Shown here: piece after piece, positions 10,584-19,488 of the stretch | How the letters are laid out: each line of letters starts with the position of its first letter | Position numbering within the stretch: the stretch's first letter is position 1 | DNA from: Spirochaetia bacterium | GTDB taxonomy: Bacteria > Spirochaetota > Spirochaetia > CAKZLE01 | Assembly: GCA_963677595.1 (NCBI GenBank) | Contig: OY782041.1 | Coordinates: 3,872,001-3,936,000 of the forward strand | DNA: 64,000 nucleotides | Reading direction: 5' to 3' | Position numbers and translations under genes: made by a program | The notes under the pieces: generated by a model | Database searches by the model: none | Told to the model about the DNA's origin: nothing | Seen by the model: the letters and a program-made list of their open reading frames with translations, nothing else

Positions 10584-11185
10584 AGGTGTTCTTCCACTTC
10601 TCCGTCATCGGGTTCTCCAACACCTACCTCGTCGGGAACGAGGATGGGGATGCCATCCTCATCGATCCCGGCCATATGGACCTGCAGCTGCTCGAGCTCA
10701 TCGAGAGCAACCACTACCGGCTCAAGCATATCCTGCTCACCCACCGGCATGCCTCGCACACAGCCGGCATCGGGACGCTCCTGAAGATCTATGATGCTGA
10801 TATCTACTCCTATTCGACCTTCGGGTCCTTCGATGCCCAGTACCACTCCATCGCCCACGGAGACACGCTCAGCCTTGCCGGTGTCGAGATCAAATGCCTC
10901 CATGTGCCGGGGCACTCATCCGATTCGGTCGTGTTCATCATCGACCAGGCGATGTTCACCGGGGATGTCCTGCTCTCAGGCCGCGTCGGCAGTACCGACT
11001 CCAAGCTCTCCCACTCCCTGCTCATCAGGTCGATCCGTGAACAGCTGCTCACCCTTGATGACCGGATGATCATCTTCCCGGGTCACGGAGCCCCGTCGAC
11101 CCTCAAGATCGAGAAGATGTTCAATGAAGACCTGATACATGAGAGGCGGGTGCACTCGGTTGAAGGGACCTCAGTGCCGCTCTGA
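10580..11185 (+). CDS. MBL-fold metallo-hydrolase (glyoxalase II-like)
   Basis: IDPG, THRHASH, PGHS, FTGD, PGHG motifs; ATGA overlap with upstream gene. Confidence 0.88.
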   Translation: MKVFFHFSVIGFSNTYLVGNEDGDAILIDPGHMDLQLLELIESNHYRLKHILLTHRHASHTAGIGTLLKIYDADIYSYSTFGSFDAQYHSIAHGDTLSLAGVEIKCLHVPGHSSDSVVFIIDQAMFTGDVLLSGRVGSTDSKLSHSLLIRSIREQLLTLDDRMIIFPGHGAPSTLKIEKMFNEDLIHERRVHSVEGTSVPL

Positions 11186-12077
11186 ACCGATCCGGCATCG
11201 GGGCGGTGAACTTCCGCTCCACCATATTCCCCGCATCATCCGGTATGGCTATCGTCAGCGAGAGTGCATGGAGCATGAGGGTCGCGTCCTTCAGGTGCTT
11301 GTCTGGACGCGAGTAGATCGGGTCCCCGATGATCGGGTGCCCGATATGCTTCATATGGACGCGCAGCTGGTGGGTCCTGCCGGTCTTCAGCGTCAGCCGT
11401 ACCAGGGCCGCCCCCATGAACTGCCGCAGCACCAGGTAATGGGTCTCCGCGAACTTCCCCTCTTCAGGGTTATCGCTGACGGTGAACTTCTTCCGGTCTC
11501 TCCGGTCCCGCACGATCTGCGTCTTTATGATCCCGCGCCGCTTCTGTACCGTTCCCTTGACGATGGCTATATAGACCTTTTGGGTACTCCGCCCGGAGAA
11601 CTGGGCAGAGAGCGCCTCGAGGGTCTTCGTCTCCTTGGCAACGATCATGACTCCCGAGGTGTCCTTGTCGAGACGGTGCACGATCCCCGGACGCGTCTCG
11701 TCGAGCGTCCCGAGCTCCCGGTACCGGTAGAGCAGGCCATGCACCAGGGTACCGTGCCAGTTGCCAGCAGCTGGGTGTACGACGAGGGACTGGGGCTTGT
11801 CGATGACGACGACATGCGAGTTCTCGAAGAGGATGGGGAATCCCACGGGTTCCGGCTCGATATGTTCCGGAGTCTCCCGCACGATCTCGAGGGAGACCAG
11901 GTCTCCCGGGGAGACCTTCCTGCTCTTCTTACACACCTTGCCGTTCAGCTTGATCACGGTAGACTCAAGGTCTATCTGGGACCGTGATACATCTTCGAGC
12001 TGCCCTGAGATGAAGGCATCGACCCTCACGGGTACGAAGTCTTCCGGTACTGCCAATTCATACTGTTCTGCAGCCAT
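11121..12077 (-). CDS. rluD: RluA/RluD family 23S rRNA pseudouridine synthase
   Basis: S4-like N-terminus, HRLDKDTSG catalytic motif, TGRTHQLRVH, GDPIY. Confidence 0.88.
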   Translation of the reverse strand: MAAEQYELAVPEDFVPVRVDAFISGQLEDVSRSQIDLESTVIKLNGKVCKKSRKVSPGDLVSLEIVRETPEHIEPEPVGFPILFENSHVVVIDKPQSLVVHPAAGNWHGTLVHGLLYRYRELGTLDETRPGIVHRLDKDTSGVMIVAKETKTLEALSAQFSGRSTQKVYIAIVKGTVQKRRGIIKTQIVRDRRDRKKFTVSDNPEEGKFAETHYLVLRQFMGAALVRLTLKTGRTHQLRVHMKHIGHPIIGDPIYSRPDKHLKDATLMLHALSLTIAIPDDAGNMVERKFTAPMPDRFRAALRSLQPSAPASHVSGLH

Positions 12078-12078
12078 C

Positions 12079-12417
12079 TCATTCCCCCTCGTTCAGGCCC
12101 AGGATATAATCGACTACGGCGATGGTGAGCGAAAGCCCTATCGTGATTCCCAGGCTCAGTTCCGTGGCGGGCAGGTCACTGGAGATAAGCGCATCAGCTG
12201 CGCTCACTACCAGGGAAGAGACCGCGAAGGTGATAGGCAGGGAGCCGAAGAAGATGGTCTCTGCCCGTCGCAGGTCCACTGCGAAGGGGGAGAACTCACT
12301 CTCGAGATAGGGTTCGTAGGTGGTCTCTTCCTCCTCTGCATCTTCGGCAAAGGCCGGTAGTGGTACGAGTACAGCTAAGAGTATGACCAGGGAGCAGAGG
12401 GAGAGGATCCTACGCAT
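12079..12417 (-). CDS. Hypothetical membrane protein with signal peptide
   Basis: 112 aa, signal peptide plus two hydrophobic segments, tightly packed between yggS and rluD. Confidence 0.7.
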   Translation of the reverse strand: MRRILSLCSLVILLAVLVPLPAFAEDAEEEETTYEPYLESEFSPFAVDLRRAETIFFGSLPITFAVSSLVVSAADALISSDLPATELSLGITIGLSLTIAVVDYILGLNEGE

Positions 12418-13108
12418 AATCCCTCTTGCCGAAGATGGCCGAGCCGATACGGATCATGGTCGAACCCTCTTCTATGGCGATCTGGTAATCGGAACTCATC
12501 CCCATCGAGATGGTATCGAAGAGGATCTCAGGGTACCGTTTTATAGAGTCGAAATAGAGCTTTCGCAGGTGTGCGAAGGCAGCGCGGAGCTCCTCTTCAG
12601 TCCCGCCGAGCGGACCGACGGTCATGAGTCCCCGCATCTCGATATGCTTCATCCCAAGGCCGGCCTCGATGGCGCTGAAGAGCTCCTCCTCATCCTGGAA
12701 GCCGGACTTCGCCTCCTCCCCGCTGGTATTGAACTCGAAGAGGACCTTCATGACCCTGCCGGTTGGCTGGAGTGCCTTCTCCAGCTTCTCCAGGAGCTTG
12801 AGCGAATCGACTGAATCGATCCAGGATACCTGTTCGACGATCTTCTTCACCTTGTTACTCTGCAGGTGGCCGATCATGTGGAGCTCCTCGGGGATCTGGT
12901 AGCCGGCGTACTTCTCCGAGACCTCCTGGACCCGATTCTCGCCGAAACAGTGGATGTCGCACTGCTCACGGGCATAGATGACCTTCTCGATCGGCTGGGT
13001 CTTGCTGACTGCCATCAGGGTGATCTCCTCAGGATCCCGTCCTGCTTTCAGGGCATAATCCCTGATCTCACCAGCAATTCCTGCAACAGCATCTTTTATG
13101 TATTCCAT
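12410..13108 (-). CDS. yggS: YggS family PLP-binding protein
   Basis: AVSK, FGENRVQE, HMIGHLQSNK, GLMT, SMGMSSDY, IRIGSAIFG; start ATG 13108 (or GTG 13120). Confidence 0.95.
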   Translation of the reverse strand: MEYIKDAVAGIAGEIRDYALKAGRDPEEITLMAVSKTQPIEKVIYAREQCDIHCFGENRVQEVSEKYAGYQIPEELHMIGHLQSNKVKKIVEQVSWIDSVDSLKLLEKLEKALQPTGRVMKVLFEFNTSGEEAKSGFQDEEELFSAIEAGLGMKHIEMRGLMTVGPLGGTEEELRAAFAHLRKLYFDSIKRYPEILFDTISMGMSSDYQIAIEEGSTMIRIGSAIFGKRDYA

Positions 13109-13200
13109 GAACGGCACCACCTCACTATACCAACTCGTGTACGCATGCAGTCAGTGTATCAATAATCAGGAGATAAAAAAAGCGGTATGGGCATTTTTTC

Positions 13201-14364
13201 TCACCCCTCCCAATCGAGGAGCCGCCGCTCACCGGAGAGCTTCTGCAGTCCTGAGATCTCCTGCAGGATCTCGAGGACCCCGTCATACACACCATCCGCA
13301 TCATAGAGTGCGATATAGTTGATCAGCAGGTACTTTTCCCCGATCGTCACCCTGAAGGAGGCGCGATCATGCTCTAATCTGCGAAACCCATCGAGGATCC
13401 GCTCGACGGTGCCGACACTCTTCGGGGGATGGCACTGCTGGACCTTCCGACCGATCACGGCCGGGGTCCTCGGGAAGATCCGCTCGGGCGGGGTGTTATA
13501 GAAGACGACGCGGTCTTCGGCATCCACGAGTGTGATATCGACGGGGAGGTTCGAGAAAATATTGACGAGCTGTTCCCTGCTGAGCGTCCCAGTCGGCAGG
13601 TCTATGCTCCCTGCCGGGGACGGCTGGTCAGAGATGAGTCGTTCATCTGCCTCATAGGAGGCGAGCTGTTCCCAGACCGAGGCCGGCAGCAGCTCGACCA
13701 TCGCAGGAAGGAGGATGGCGTTCTCCCGGAAGATGATCGTCCCGGCAGCAAAAAAGAACTTCCCTACCTGTTCATTGAACCTCCGCAGGCTGTCCCCCTC
13801 CTCCTGCAGCGCCTCGATACACTGTGCGAGTGCCGCGGCTGCATCGGTATGGATGGACCACATGAGCGAGGTGCAGGCATGTTCGCTCACCTCCTTCTCC
13901 AGGATGGGGAACACGTCGTTCTCCAGCTTCTCATAATGGTTTTTAAGCTGCTGGCTGAGGGCAGAGAGCTGCCCCACTACCTCCATACGCCGTGAATCAT
14001 CAGCTTCACCCTGTAAGAGACGCAGCTCCCCTTTCAGTGCAGCCAGCACAGACTCGATCTGCCGATTCTCCTGCAGGATCCCCGCTACATAGGGGATCGA
14101 GTCGAACCTGAGCTCATCACGTTCCAGGAACTTCGAGCAGGCATGGATCAGCCTGCTCACCTGGAGCTTCACGGAGCTGATATCCGCTTCCTGCGCCATG
14201 ATATAGTCTACGAGACTGACCAGCTCCAGGGGGGTGATCTCAGTCAAGAGCGGCTCGAAAACCTCCCAGCGGTCACGGAACTCCGTACGGTCAGAAAGCG
14301 TGTCGCAGACTACTTTCAGCCTCTCCAATCTCTCAGGTGACAACATATCTTCCAGCTGTTTCAT
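13201..14364 (-). CDS. DUF438-like / hemerythrin-like / PAS domain protein
   Basis: HYEKLENDVFP, MWSIH, IFRENAILLP (hemerythrin-like) and C-terminal PAS: LPVDITLVD...RIFPRTPAVIGRKVQQCHPPKS. Confidence 0.8.
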   Translation of the reverse strand: MKQLEDMLSPERLERLKVVCDTLSDRTEFRDRWEVFEPLLTEITPLELVSLVDYIMAQEADISSVKLQVSRLIHACSKFLERDELRFDSIPYVAGILQENRQIESVLAALKGELRLLQGEADDSRRMEVVGQLSALSQQLKNHYEKLENDVFPILEKEVSEHACTSLMWSIHTDAAAALAQCIEALQEEGDSLRRFNEQVGKFFFAAGTIIFRENAILLPAMVELLPASVWEQLASYEADERLISDQPSPAGSIDLPTGTLSREQLVNIFSNLPVDITLVDAEDRVVFYNTPPERIFPRTPAVIGRKVQQCHPPKSVGTVERILDGFRRLEHDRASFRVTIGEKYLLINYIALYDADGVYDGVLEILQEISGLQKLSGERRLLDWEG

Positions 14365-14436
14365 GGTTCCTCCCCCTTGGTGGCTCTATCTATCATACCA
14401 CAGAACAGGGGAACCCTGCCAAGTACAATCCTTCGG

Positions 14437-14913
14437 TCACTTCAGCTCCTCGAGGAGCCTCGCGAGCACCCGTAGACGTTCCCCGATGAGTTCATCATCC
14501 TCCCCGAGAGCCCGCATGAAGAGCTTCATGTCCTCATCGAGCATATCATTCTCCAGGCAGAATCGCATCGTCATGGCATCGCCCTGTAAGCCTACCCGGT
14601 CGATCTCGGGGTTCTCCGGGTCATAGTAGTTCTCATATATATATGACTCTTTCAGGTACTTCTTCGCCCGGATGATGAAGATGGCAAGGTCAAGTACCCT
14701 GTGCAGGGGGATCTCCTCCGACTGCCTTGACCACCGATTCCCCGAATGCCTCCAGATCTTCGCTGAGATCTCAACGTTCCCCCGGTCATTCCACTGGGCG
14801 AGCCCCAGTGAGAGCCCCTTCACGTCCGTGTCATAGGCGTACCGCCCGTCGATATGGTCATAGTCATCGGTGATGATCACCGGCTTATGCTTGAGTGTGG
14901 TAGGAATATCCAT
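14437..14913 (-). CDS. DUF6530-like conserved hypothetical protein
   Basis: IPTTLKHKPVI...GLSLGLAQWNDRG...WSRQSEE.PLHRVLDLAI recalled as this family's signature; AGGAGG RBS. Confidence 0.75.
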   Translation of the reverse strand: MDIPTTLKHKPVIITDDYDHIDGRYAYDTDVKGLSLGLAQWNDRGNVEISAKIWRHSGNRWSRQSEEIPLHRVLDLAIFIIRAKKYLKESYIYENYYDPENPEIDRVGLQGDAMTMRFCLENDMLDEDMKLFMRALGEDDELIGERLRVLARLLEELK

Positions 14914-14928
14914 TGTTCCCTCCTGTTT

Positions 14929-14988
14929 GATAGGTAATTACTAATTTACTACTTTACTAATTGTACATAAGGATAGGTAACGAGTCAA
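14929..14988 (-). promoter_or_regulatory. sigma70 promoter overlapped by 3 x 8-bp tandem repeat and flanking 9-bp direct repeats
   Basis: TTGACT-17-TACAAT on minus strand; TTACTAAT TTACTACT TTACTAAT at 14938-14961; GATAGGTAA at 14929 and 14972. Confidence 0.7.
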
Positions 14989-15280
14989 GCAGGGTTCACG
15001 AGCATGATCGTGTCACTAAACCGGAAATGAGAAATCTGGATTGTCCCTCACATGAACATTACCAAGAAGAGCGTTAGAGTGGTGTAATGGAAAGAAAAAG
15101 GGAGAGTCCCTAAGGGAGAAGTGAAGAGGAAGCCCCAAGTTAGTTGACCGCTGACAGAAACTTCCTCTCCACCAAAACAGATAGCAACAGTTCCTCCGAA
15201 GCGGCTGCAATTCAAGAGGCCATCCATCCTTGAACAAGGGCAACGGAGATTTGGTGGATTGTGGTACCAAAGTCAGGAAG

Positions 15281-16744
15281 TCAGTTTCTGTCCTTCTCTG
15301 CAACATAACGTTGTTTCTTGCTCTTTGGCCTATTGGGCAGAGTCATTCTCAGTTGAGCACGTTCCAGCAAGGGACGAAGGTACCTCGCCGTCATATAATA
15401 CACAGAGGAAAGACCGATATGCTTTGCAATTTCCACCTTTGAACGAGGCTCTGAGCAAAATTGAAGGATCTGTTTCAGGATTGCAGAGTCATTTTCACCC
15501 TCAGTATCAGTATCCTTCGGTGCATTACGATGGTTGAAGAGCGTAGCTCTAAACACTCCGCGCCGGCTTTCAAATACTGGTGGAAGCAGGTTCGCCTTCT
15601 CCATCTCAGCATAGATGGTTGGGATGCCGGAAAAACGATTCTCTGTCTCTGCCAGAACTTCCAAAGCGCCAGCAATGAATGGATTGCGGGTATCTGCTGA
15701 CATTTTTCCCAGTTCATCAATCGTGATCCGACCATACAGGCCTCCTGGGTTCTCGATCTCCAAACGATTTTCAAACACGAGAATGCGTATCGGCGAGTTG
15801 ATGGTATGAATGCTGTAGTCACGGTGGATCAGGGCATTGAGTACCAGCTCGCGAACTGCCTTGAGCGGATATTCCGGCCTGTCCATACGCTCCCCATGCT
15901 CATTAATGACGGTTGCCAGCCGGGTATTGCGGCTTATGAATCTCAAAGCACTCTCATACATCTGGATAATGGTGCCCTCGATGCGCTTGTTATCAACAAA
16001 CCGTTCATCATGCTGGCCAATTTCTGAATATGTGGTACCGGCGATGACCATGGCAGTAATACTGAGTTGTGGAAAGAATGCCTGAGGGTACTCTCCAAAA
16101 AGCATCAGTCCGGCTACTGTGGGCACCCCATGTACGGTGATGCCCTGAAGTTGCAGCACTTTCTGTAACGGAAGCTGGGAAAGGTTCTCCTTGAAACGCT
16201 TGATTTTCAGCATATACTCAGTCAGCCTATCATCACTCAGATCATCCATGGCGGCATGCTGCGCAGGATGCTTTTCATCCTGGATGTGTTGACGATACAC
16301 CTCATAGCTGTAAACTTCATATTCGGTCATGTGCTCATCTGAATCACCAACCCTGATATACGAGCCTTTTAATCGCCCGGCTCCAGCATAATAGCAGGGC
16401 TTCTCCAGTATGGGGCATTCTGCGATCTCTGCACTCACAACCTTTTTGCCGTCAATCTCTGCCACCGTGAATACGGGTCTGACAATCGGGATCATCTGTT
16501 TGGCTTGGTTGTTTACCTGTTGCTGGATAGTCTGGGGATCATCAACGCCTGTTATGGAATAAGCATCGTGCTCATGGATACCGAAAACAATGATCCCCCC
16601 ATCCTTCTGATTAGAAAAACTCGACAAGGTACCATAAAGACGCTTGGGGGCTTCAGTCTGTGAGCGTTTCAATTCAATGTGCTGCGACTCACAGCGCAGA
16701 TGGACGATATCATCGACCAATGATACCAGCTCGCTTGGCAACAT
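15281..16744 (-). CDS. Schlafen/AlbA_2 domain + RecG-C-like (HATPase_c_4) domain + C-terminal wHTH protein
   Basis: ESQHIELK, SFSNQKDGGIIVFGI; YPLKAVRELVLNALIHRDY, IENPGGL, RNPFIA, ENRFSGI; C-terminal YLRPLL...PNRPKSKKQRY. Confidence 0.85.
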   Translation of the reverse strand: MLPSELVSLVDDIVHLRCESQHIELKRSQTEAPKRLYGTLSSFSNQKDGGIIVFGIHEHDAYSITGVDDPQTIQQQVNNQAKQMIPIVRPVFTVAEIDGKKVVSAEIAECPILEKPCYYAGAGRLKGSYIRVGDSDEHMTEYEVYSYEVYRQHIQDEKHPAQHAAMDDLSDDRLTEYMLKIKRFKENLSQLPLQKVLQLQGITVHGVPTVAGLMLFGEYPQAFFPQLSITAMVIAGTTYSEIGQHDERFVDNKRIEGTIIQMYESALRFISRNTRLATVINEHGERMDRPEYPLKAVRELVLNALIHRDYSIHTINSPIRILVFENRLEIENPGGLYGRITIDELGKMSADTRNPFIAGALEVLAETENRFSGIPTIYAEMEKANLLPPVFESRRGVFRATLFNHRNAPKDTDTEGENDSAILKQILQFCSEPRSKVEIAKHIGLSSVYYMTARYLRPLLERAQLRMTLPNRPKSKKQRYVAEKDRN

Positions 16745-16817
16745 ATGGATTCCTCCTAGTCATACTATGACATAACCAAACGGGAAAATCAATATTTTTC
16801 ACAAATACAATCGTTAA

Positions 16818-16899
16818 CTTCTCAAATTTATACGTATTCTTCTCAAATGTTTTTGAATCTTCTTAAATTTCTTCATAAATCTATTCATTTTTCTCAAAT
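16818..16899 (+). repeat. Five degenerate 10-mers (consensus CTTCTCAAAT) in AT-rich spacer
   Basis: Copies start at 16818, 16839, 16859, 16871, 16890. Confidence 0.55.
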
Positions 16900-17069
16900 T
16901 TGCACTCAATAGATTTGTGAATTTTCAGCCTTTGTGTGAATTGCTGCCATTCTTTCGGCTCGCATCGATCACGTGCGTATCAATCTTCCTCAACGCAGGG
17001 TCGCGAGCATGGTGCGTATCAGTGGATGATGTTGAATAGGTGGTATTCCAAGAAGTAGTCTAATAAAGA

Positions 17070-17097
17070 TTAAGGAGCAGTTCTCACTGCTCCTTAA
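17070..17097 (-). terminator. Hairpin downstream of tRNA-Val
   Basis: Perfect 12-bp inverted repeat TTAAGGAGCAGT-tctc-ACTGCTCCTTAA. Confidence 0.75.
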
Positions 17098-17104
17098 GTG
17101 GTTG

Positions 17105-17177
<73 letters not shown>

Positions 17178-17191
17178 TCGCAACGTTGGCA

Positions 17192-17220
17192 AATATAGCA
17201 AACTGCATTTCTTTTGTCAA
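17192..17220 (-). promoter_or_regulatory. sigma70 promoter of tRNA-Val
   Basis: TTGACA-17-TATATT ending 14 nt upstream of the tRNA. Confidence 0.75.
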
Positions 17221-17296
17221 CACACATTTTACTCTTTTATCAATTTTGTCTTTATGGTATTATCCGGCCCGTAGACACAGCAAATGGAGAAATCGT

Positions 17297-19327
17297 ATGG
17301 GTGCTAAACAGACCAGGAACATCGGCATCATGGCACATATTGATGCAGGGAAGACAACTACTACTGAACGGATCCTCTTCTACTCTGGAGAGAACCACCG
17401 TATCGGCGAAGTCGATAACGGTGAGGCTACCATGGACTGGATGGAGCAGGAGCAGGACCGTGGGATCACCATCACCTCTGCTGCCACGACCTGTTACTGG
17501 AATGATACCAAGATCAATATCATCGACACGCCCGGGCATGTCGATTTCACCGCCGAAGTCGAGCGTGCCCTCCGTGTGCTTGACGGTGCGGTAGCGGTCT
17601 TCTGTGCGGTCGGCGGTGTGGAACCGCAGTCCGAGACCGTCTGGAGACAGTCTGAGAAATACCATATTCCGAAGATCGCGTTCGTGAACAAGATGGACCG
17701 GCTCGGGGCGGACTTCTTCGAGGTACTCGAGGAGATCGAGCAGAAGCTCGGGGCAAGCCCCTTCCCGCTCTTCATCCCCCACGGGGCTGAATCAGAATTC
17801 TGCGGGATCGTAGACCTCATCACGATGGAATACCTTTCCTTCGAGCCCACCTCCTACGGGAGCGAGGTCTCGCGCGGCCCGATACCAGAAGAACTCGCGG
17901 ACCTTTCCGAGCTTTGGCGCGAGCATATGCTCGATGCCGTCTCAGCCCATTCCGACGAGGTGACAGAACTGCTGCTCGAGGGTGAGGAGATACCGGTAGA
18001 GCTCATCAAGTCCGCTGTACGAGAGATCACGATCAAGCGACAGGGTATCCCGGTATTCGTCGGCTCCTCACTGAAGAACATCGGAGTCCAGCCCCTCATC
18101 GACGGGATCGTCTCCTACCTGCCCTCACCGGAGGACACCCCTCCCATCATCGGCCACCATGCGAAACATGACAGGGAGGTCAGCATCGGGCATGACCCTG
18201 ACGGCCAGGCACTGGCGTTGGTCTTCAAGATACAGCATGATCGTGAGGCAGGGCCGCTCTGCTTCTTCCGAGTCTACTCCGGCAGGATAAAGAAGGGCGC
18301 CGCAGTCCTCAACATAAACAAGAAGAAACGTGAACGGATCAACCGCCTGTTCAGGATGCATGCGAACAAGCCGGAAGCCATCGATACCGTCGAGGCAGGC
18401 GATATCGCGGTAGCGGTCGGGTTCAAGTTCTCCCAGACAGGCGATACGATCGGCTCCGAGGGGTTCCAGGTGCTCTTAGAGAACGTGGAGTTCCCCGAAC
18501 CCGTCATCTCGGTCGCGATCGAACCGAGGACGATCTCTGACCAGGACAAGCTCAAGCGGGTCCTCGATATGCTGACCAAGGAGGATCCCACCTTCACCTC
18601 GAAGGAGAACCCCGATACCGGTCAGCTCATCATCTCCGGCATGGGGGAGCTCCATCTCGACGTCCTCGTCACGAGGATCTTGAAGGAGTTCAAGGTAGAG
18701 GCACGTATCGGGAAGCCGCAGGTCACCTACCGTGAGTCGATCACGGATACCGTCTCGAAGACTGAGGTCTTTACCAAGGTCATCGCCGGCAAGGAGAACC
18801 ATGCCGAGGTCACCATCAGGGTCTCTCCCCAGCCTACCGGAGCCGGGAATCTCTACAGCACCACGCTCACCAAGCACGACTTGCCGCAGGCAATGCTCGA
18901 TGCTGTCGAACGCGGCGTCACGAACTCATTCCGTTCAGGCATCCAGCTTGGGTACCCGATCACGGACCTCAAGGCTGAGCTGGTCGGCGTGAAGTACCAT
19001 GAGCTCACTGCCTCCGAACTCGCCTATGAGGCTGCTGCCTCGATCTGTTTCGATGCAGCTTGTCGTGCTGCCTCACCGGTCCTGCTCGAACCGATCATGA
19101 AGGTCGATATCATGTGCCCGAAGGAGAATGTCGGGGACGTGATCAGTCACCTCACCTCCCTCGGCGGGATCATAGAATCCCTCGAGAGCCGTCCTACCAT
19201 CGAGCACATCAGGGCACAGGCTTCCATGGTGAATCTCTTCGGCTACTCTACCAAGCTCAGGTCACTCACGCAGGGACGTGGCACGTTCGCCCTCGAGTTC
19301 CACCATTTCTCGCCGAAAAACGGCTGA
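17297..19327 (+). CDS. fusA: Elongation factor G paralogue, spdEFG2-like (ribosome recycling type)
   Basis: [23 protein letters not shown] intact; domain IV loops divergent ([17 protein letters not shown]); start ATG 17297 with GGAG RBS. Confidence 0.9.
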   Translation: MGAKQTRNIGIMAHIDAGKTTTTERILFYSGENHRIGEVDNGEATMDWMEQEQDRGITITSAATTCYWNDTKINIIDTPGHVDFTAEVERALRVLDGAVAVFCAVGGVEPQSETVWRQSEKYHIPKIAFVNKMDRLGADFFEVLEEIEQKLGASPFPLFIPHGAESEFCGIVDLITMEYLSFEPTSYGSEVSRGPIPEELADLSELWREHMLDAVSAHSDEVTELLLEGEEIPVELIKSAVREITIKRQGIPVFVGSSLKNIGVQPLIDGIVSYLPSPEDTPPIIGHHAKHDREVSIGHDPDGQALALVFKIQHDREAGPLCFFRVYSGRIKKGAAVLNINKKKRERINRLFRMHANKPEAIDTVEAGDIAVAVGFKFSQTGDTIGSEGFQVLLENVEFPEPVISVAIEPRTISDQDKLKRVLDMLTKEDPTFTSKENPDTGQLIISGMGELHLDVLVTRILKEFKVEARIGKPQVTYRESITDTVSKTEVFTKVIAGKENHAEVTIRVSPQPTGAGNLYSTTLTKHDLPQAMLDAVERGVTNSFRSGIQLGYPITDLKAELVGVKYHELTASELAYEAAASICFDAACRAASPVLLEPIMKVDIMCPKENVGDVISHLTSLGGIIESLESRPTIEHIRAQASMVNLFGYSTKLRSLTQGRGTFALEFHHFSPKNG

Positions 19328-19379
19328 TTCGCAAGGGATCGTATAATTAGTTATACGTTAGAAGGTTAAAATGATACTT

Positions 19380-19420
19380 GCAGGTATTACCGGTTTCTGC
19401 CATAATACCTGCTTTTTTTT
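19380..19420 (+). terminator. Rho-independent terminator after first EF-G gene
   Basis: GCAGGTATTA...TAATACCTGC followed by T8. Confidence 0.8.
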
Positions 19421-19488
19421 ATTGTTGACATATGGTTCTCCGCGTATTAGGGTTACATTTGACTCAAATCAAATAAAAGGAGGATTAT

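Larger units (their letters stand above)
14985..17021. mobile_element. Putative ~2-kb genomic islet next to tRNA-Val, bounded by degenerate direct repeats
   Basis: TCAAGCAGGGTTCACGAGCATGATCGTGTCA (14985-15015) vs TCAACGCAGGGTCGCGAGCATGGTGCGTATCA (16990-17021); AT-richer codon usage; no integrase inside. Confidence 0.5.

Noticed and set aside
11121-11185. 65-nt convergent overlap between the MBL gene and rluD
   Set aside because: Short tail-to-tail overlaps of non-conserved C-termini are common.
14985-15015. Possible attR copy of the tRNA-Val 3' end
   Set aside because: Only GGGTTC matches the tRNA. The real similarity is to 16990-17021, reported as a finding.
15016-15280. 96-aa ORF or ncRNA downstream of the AlbA_2 gene
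   Set aside because: No RBS, motif or convincing structure found; left as unexplained islet sequence.
16790-16930. Possible CRISPR array or replication origin in the AT-rich repeat stretch
   Set aside because: Repeats are 10 bp and degenerate with no spacer-length inserts; no cas genes, rep gene or DnaA-box cluster seen.
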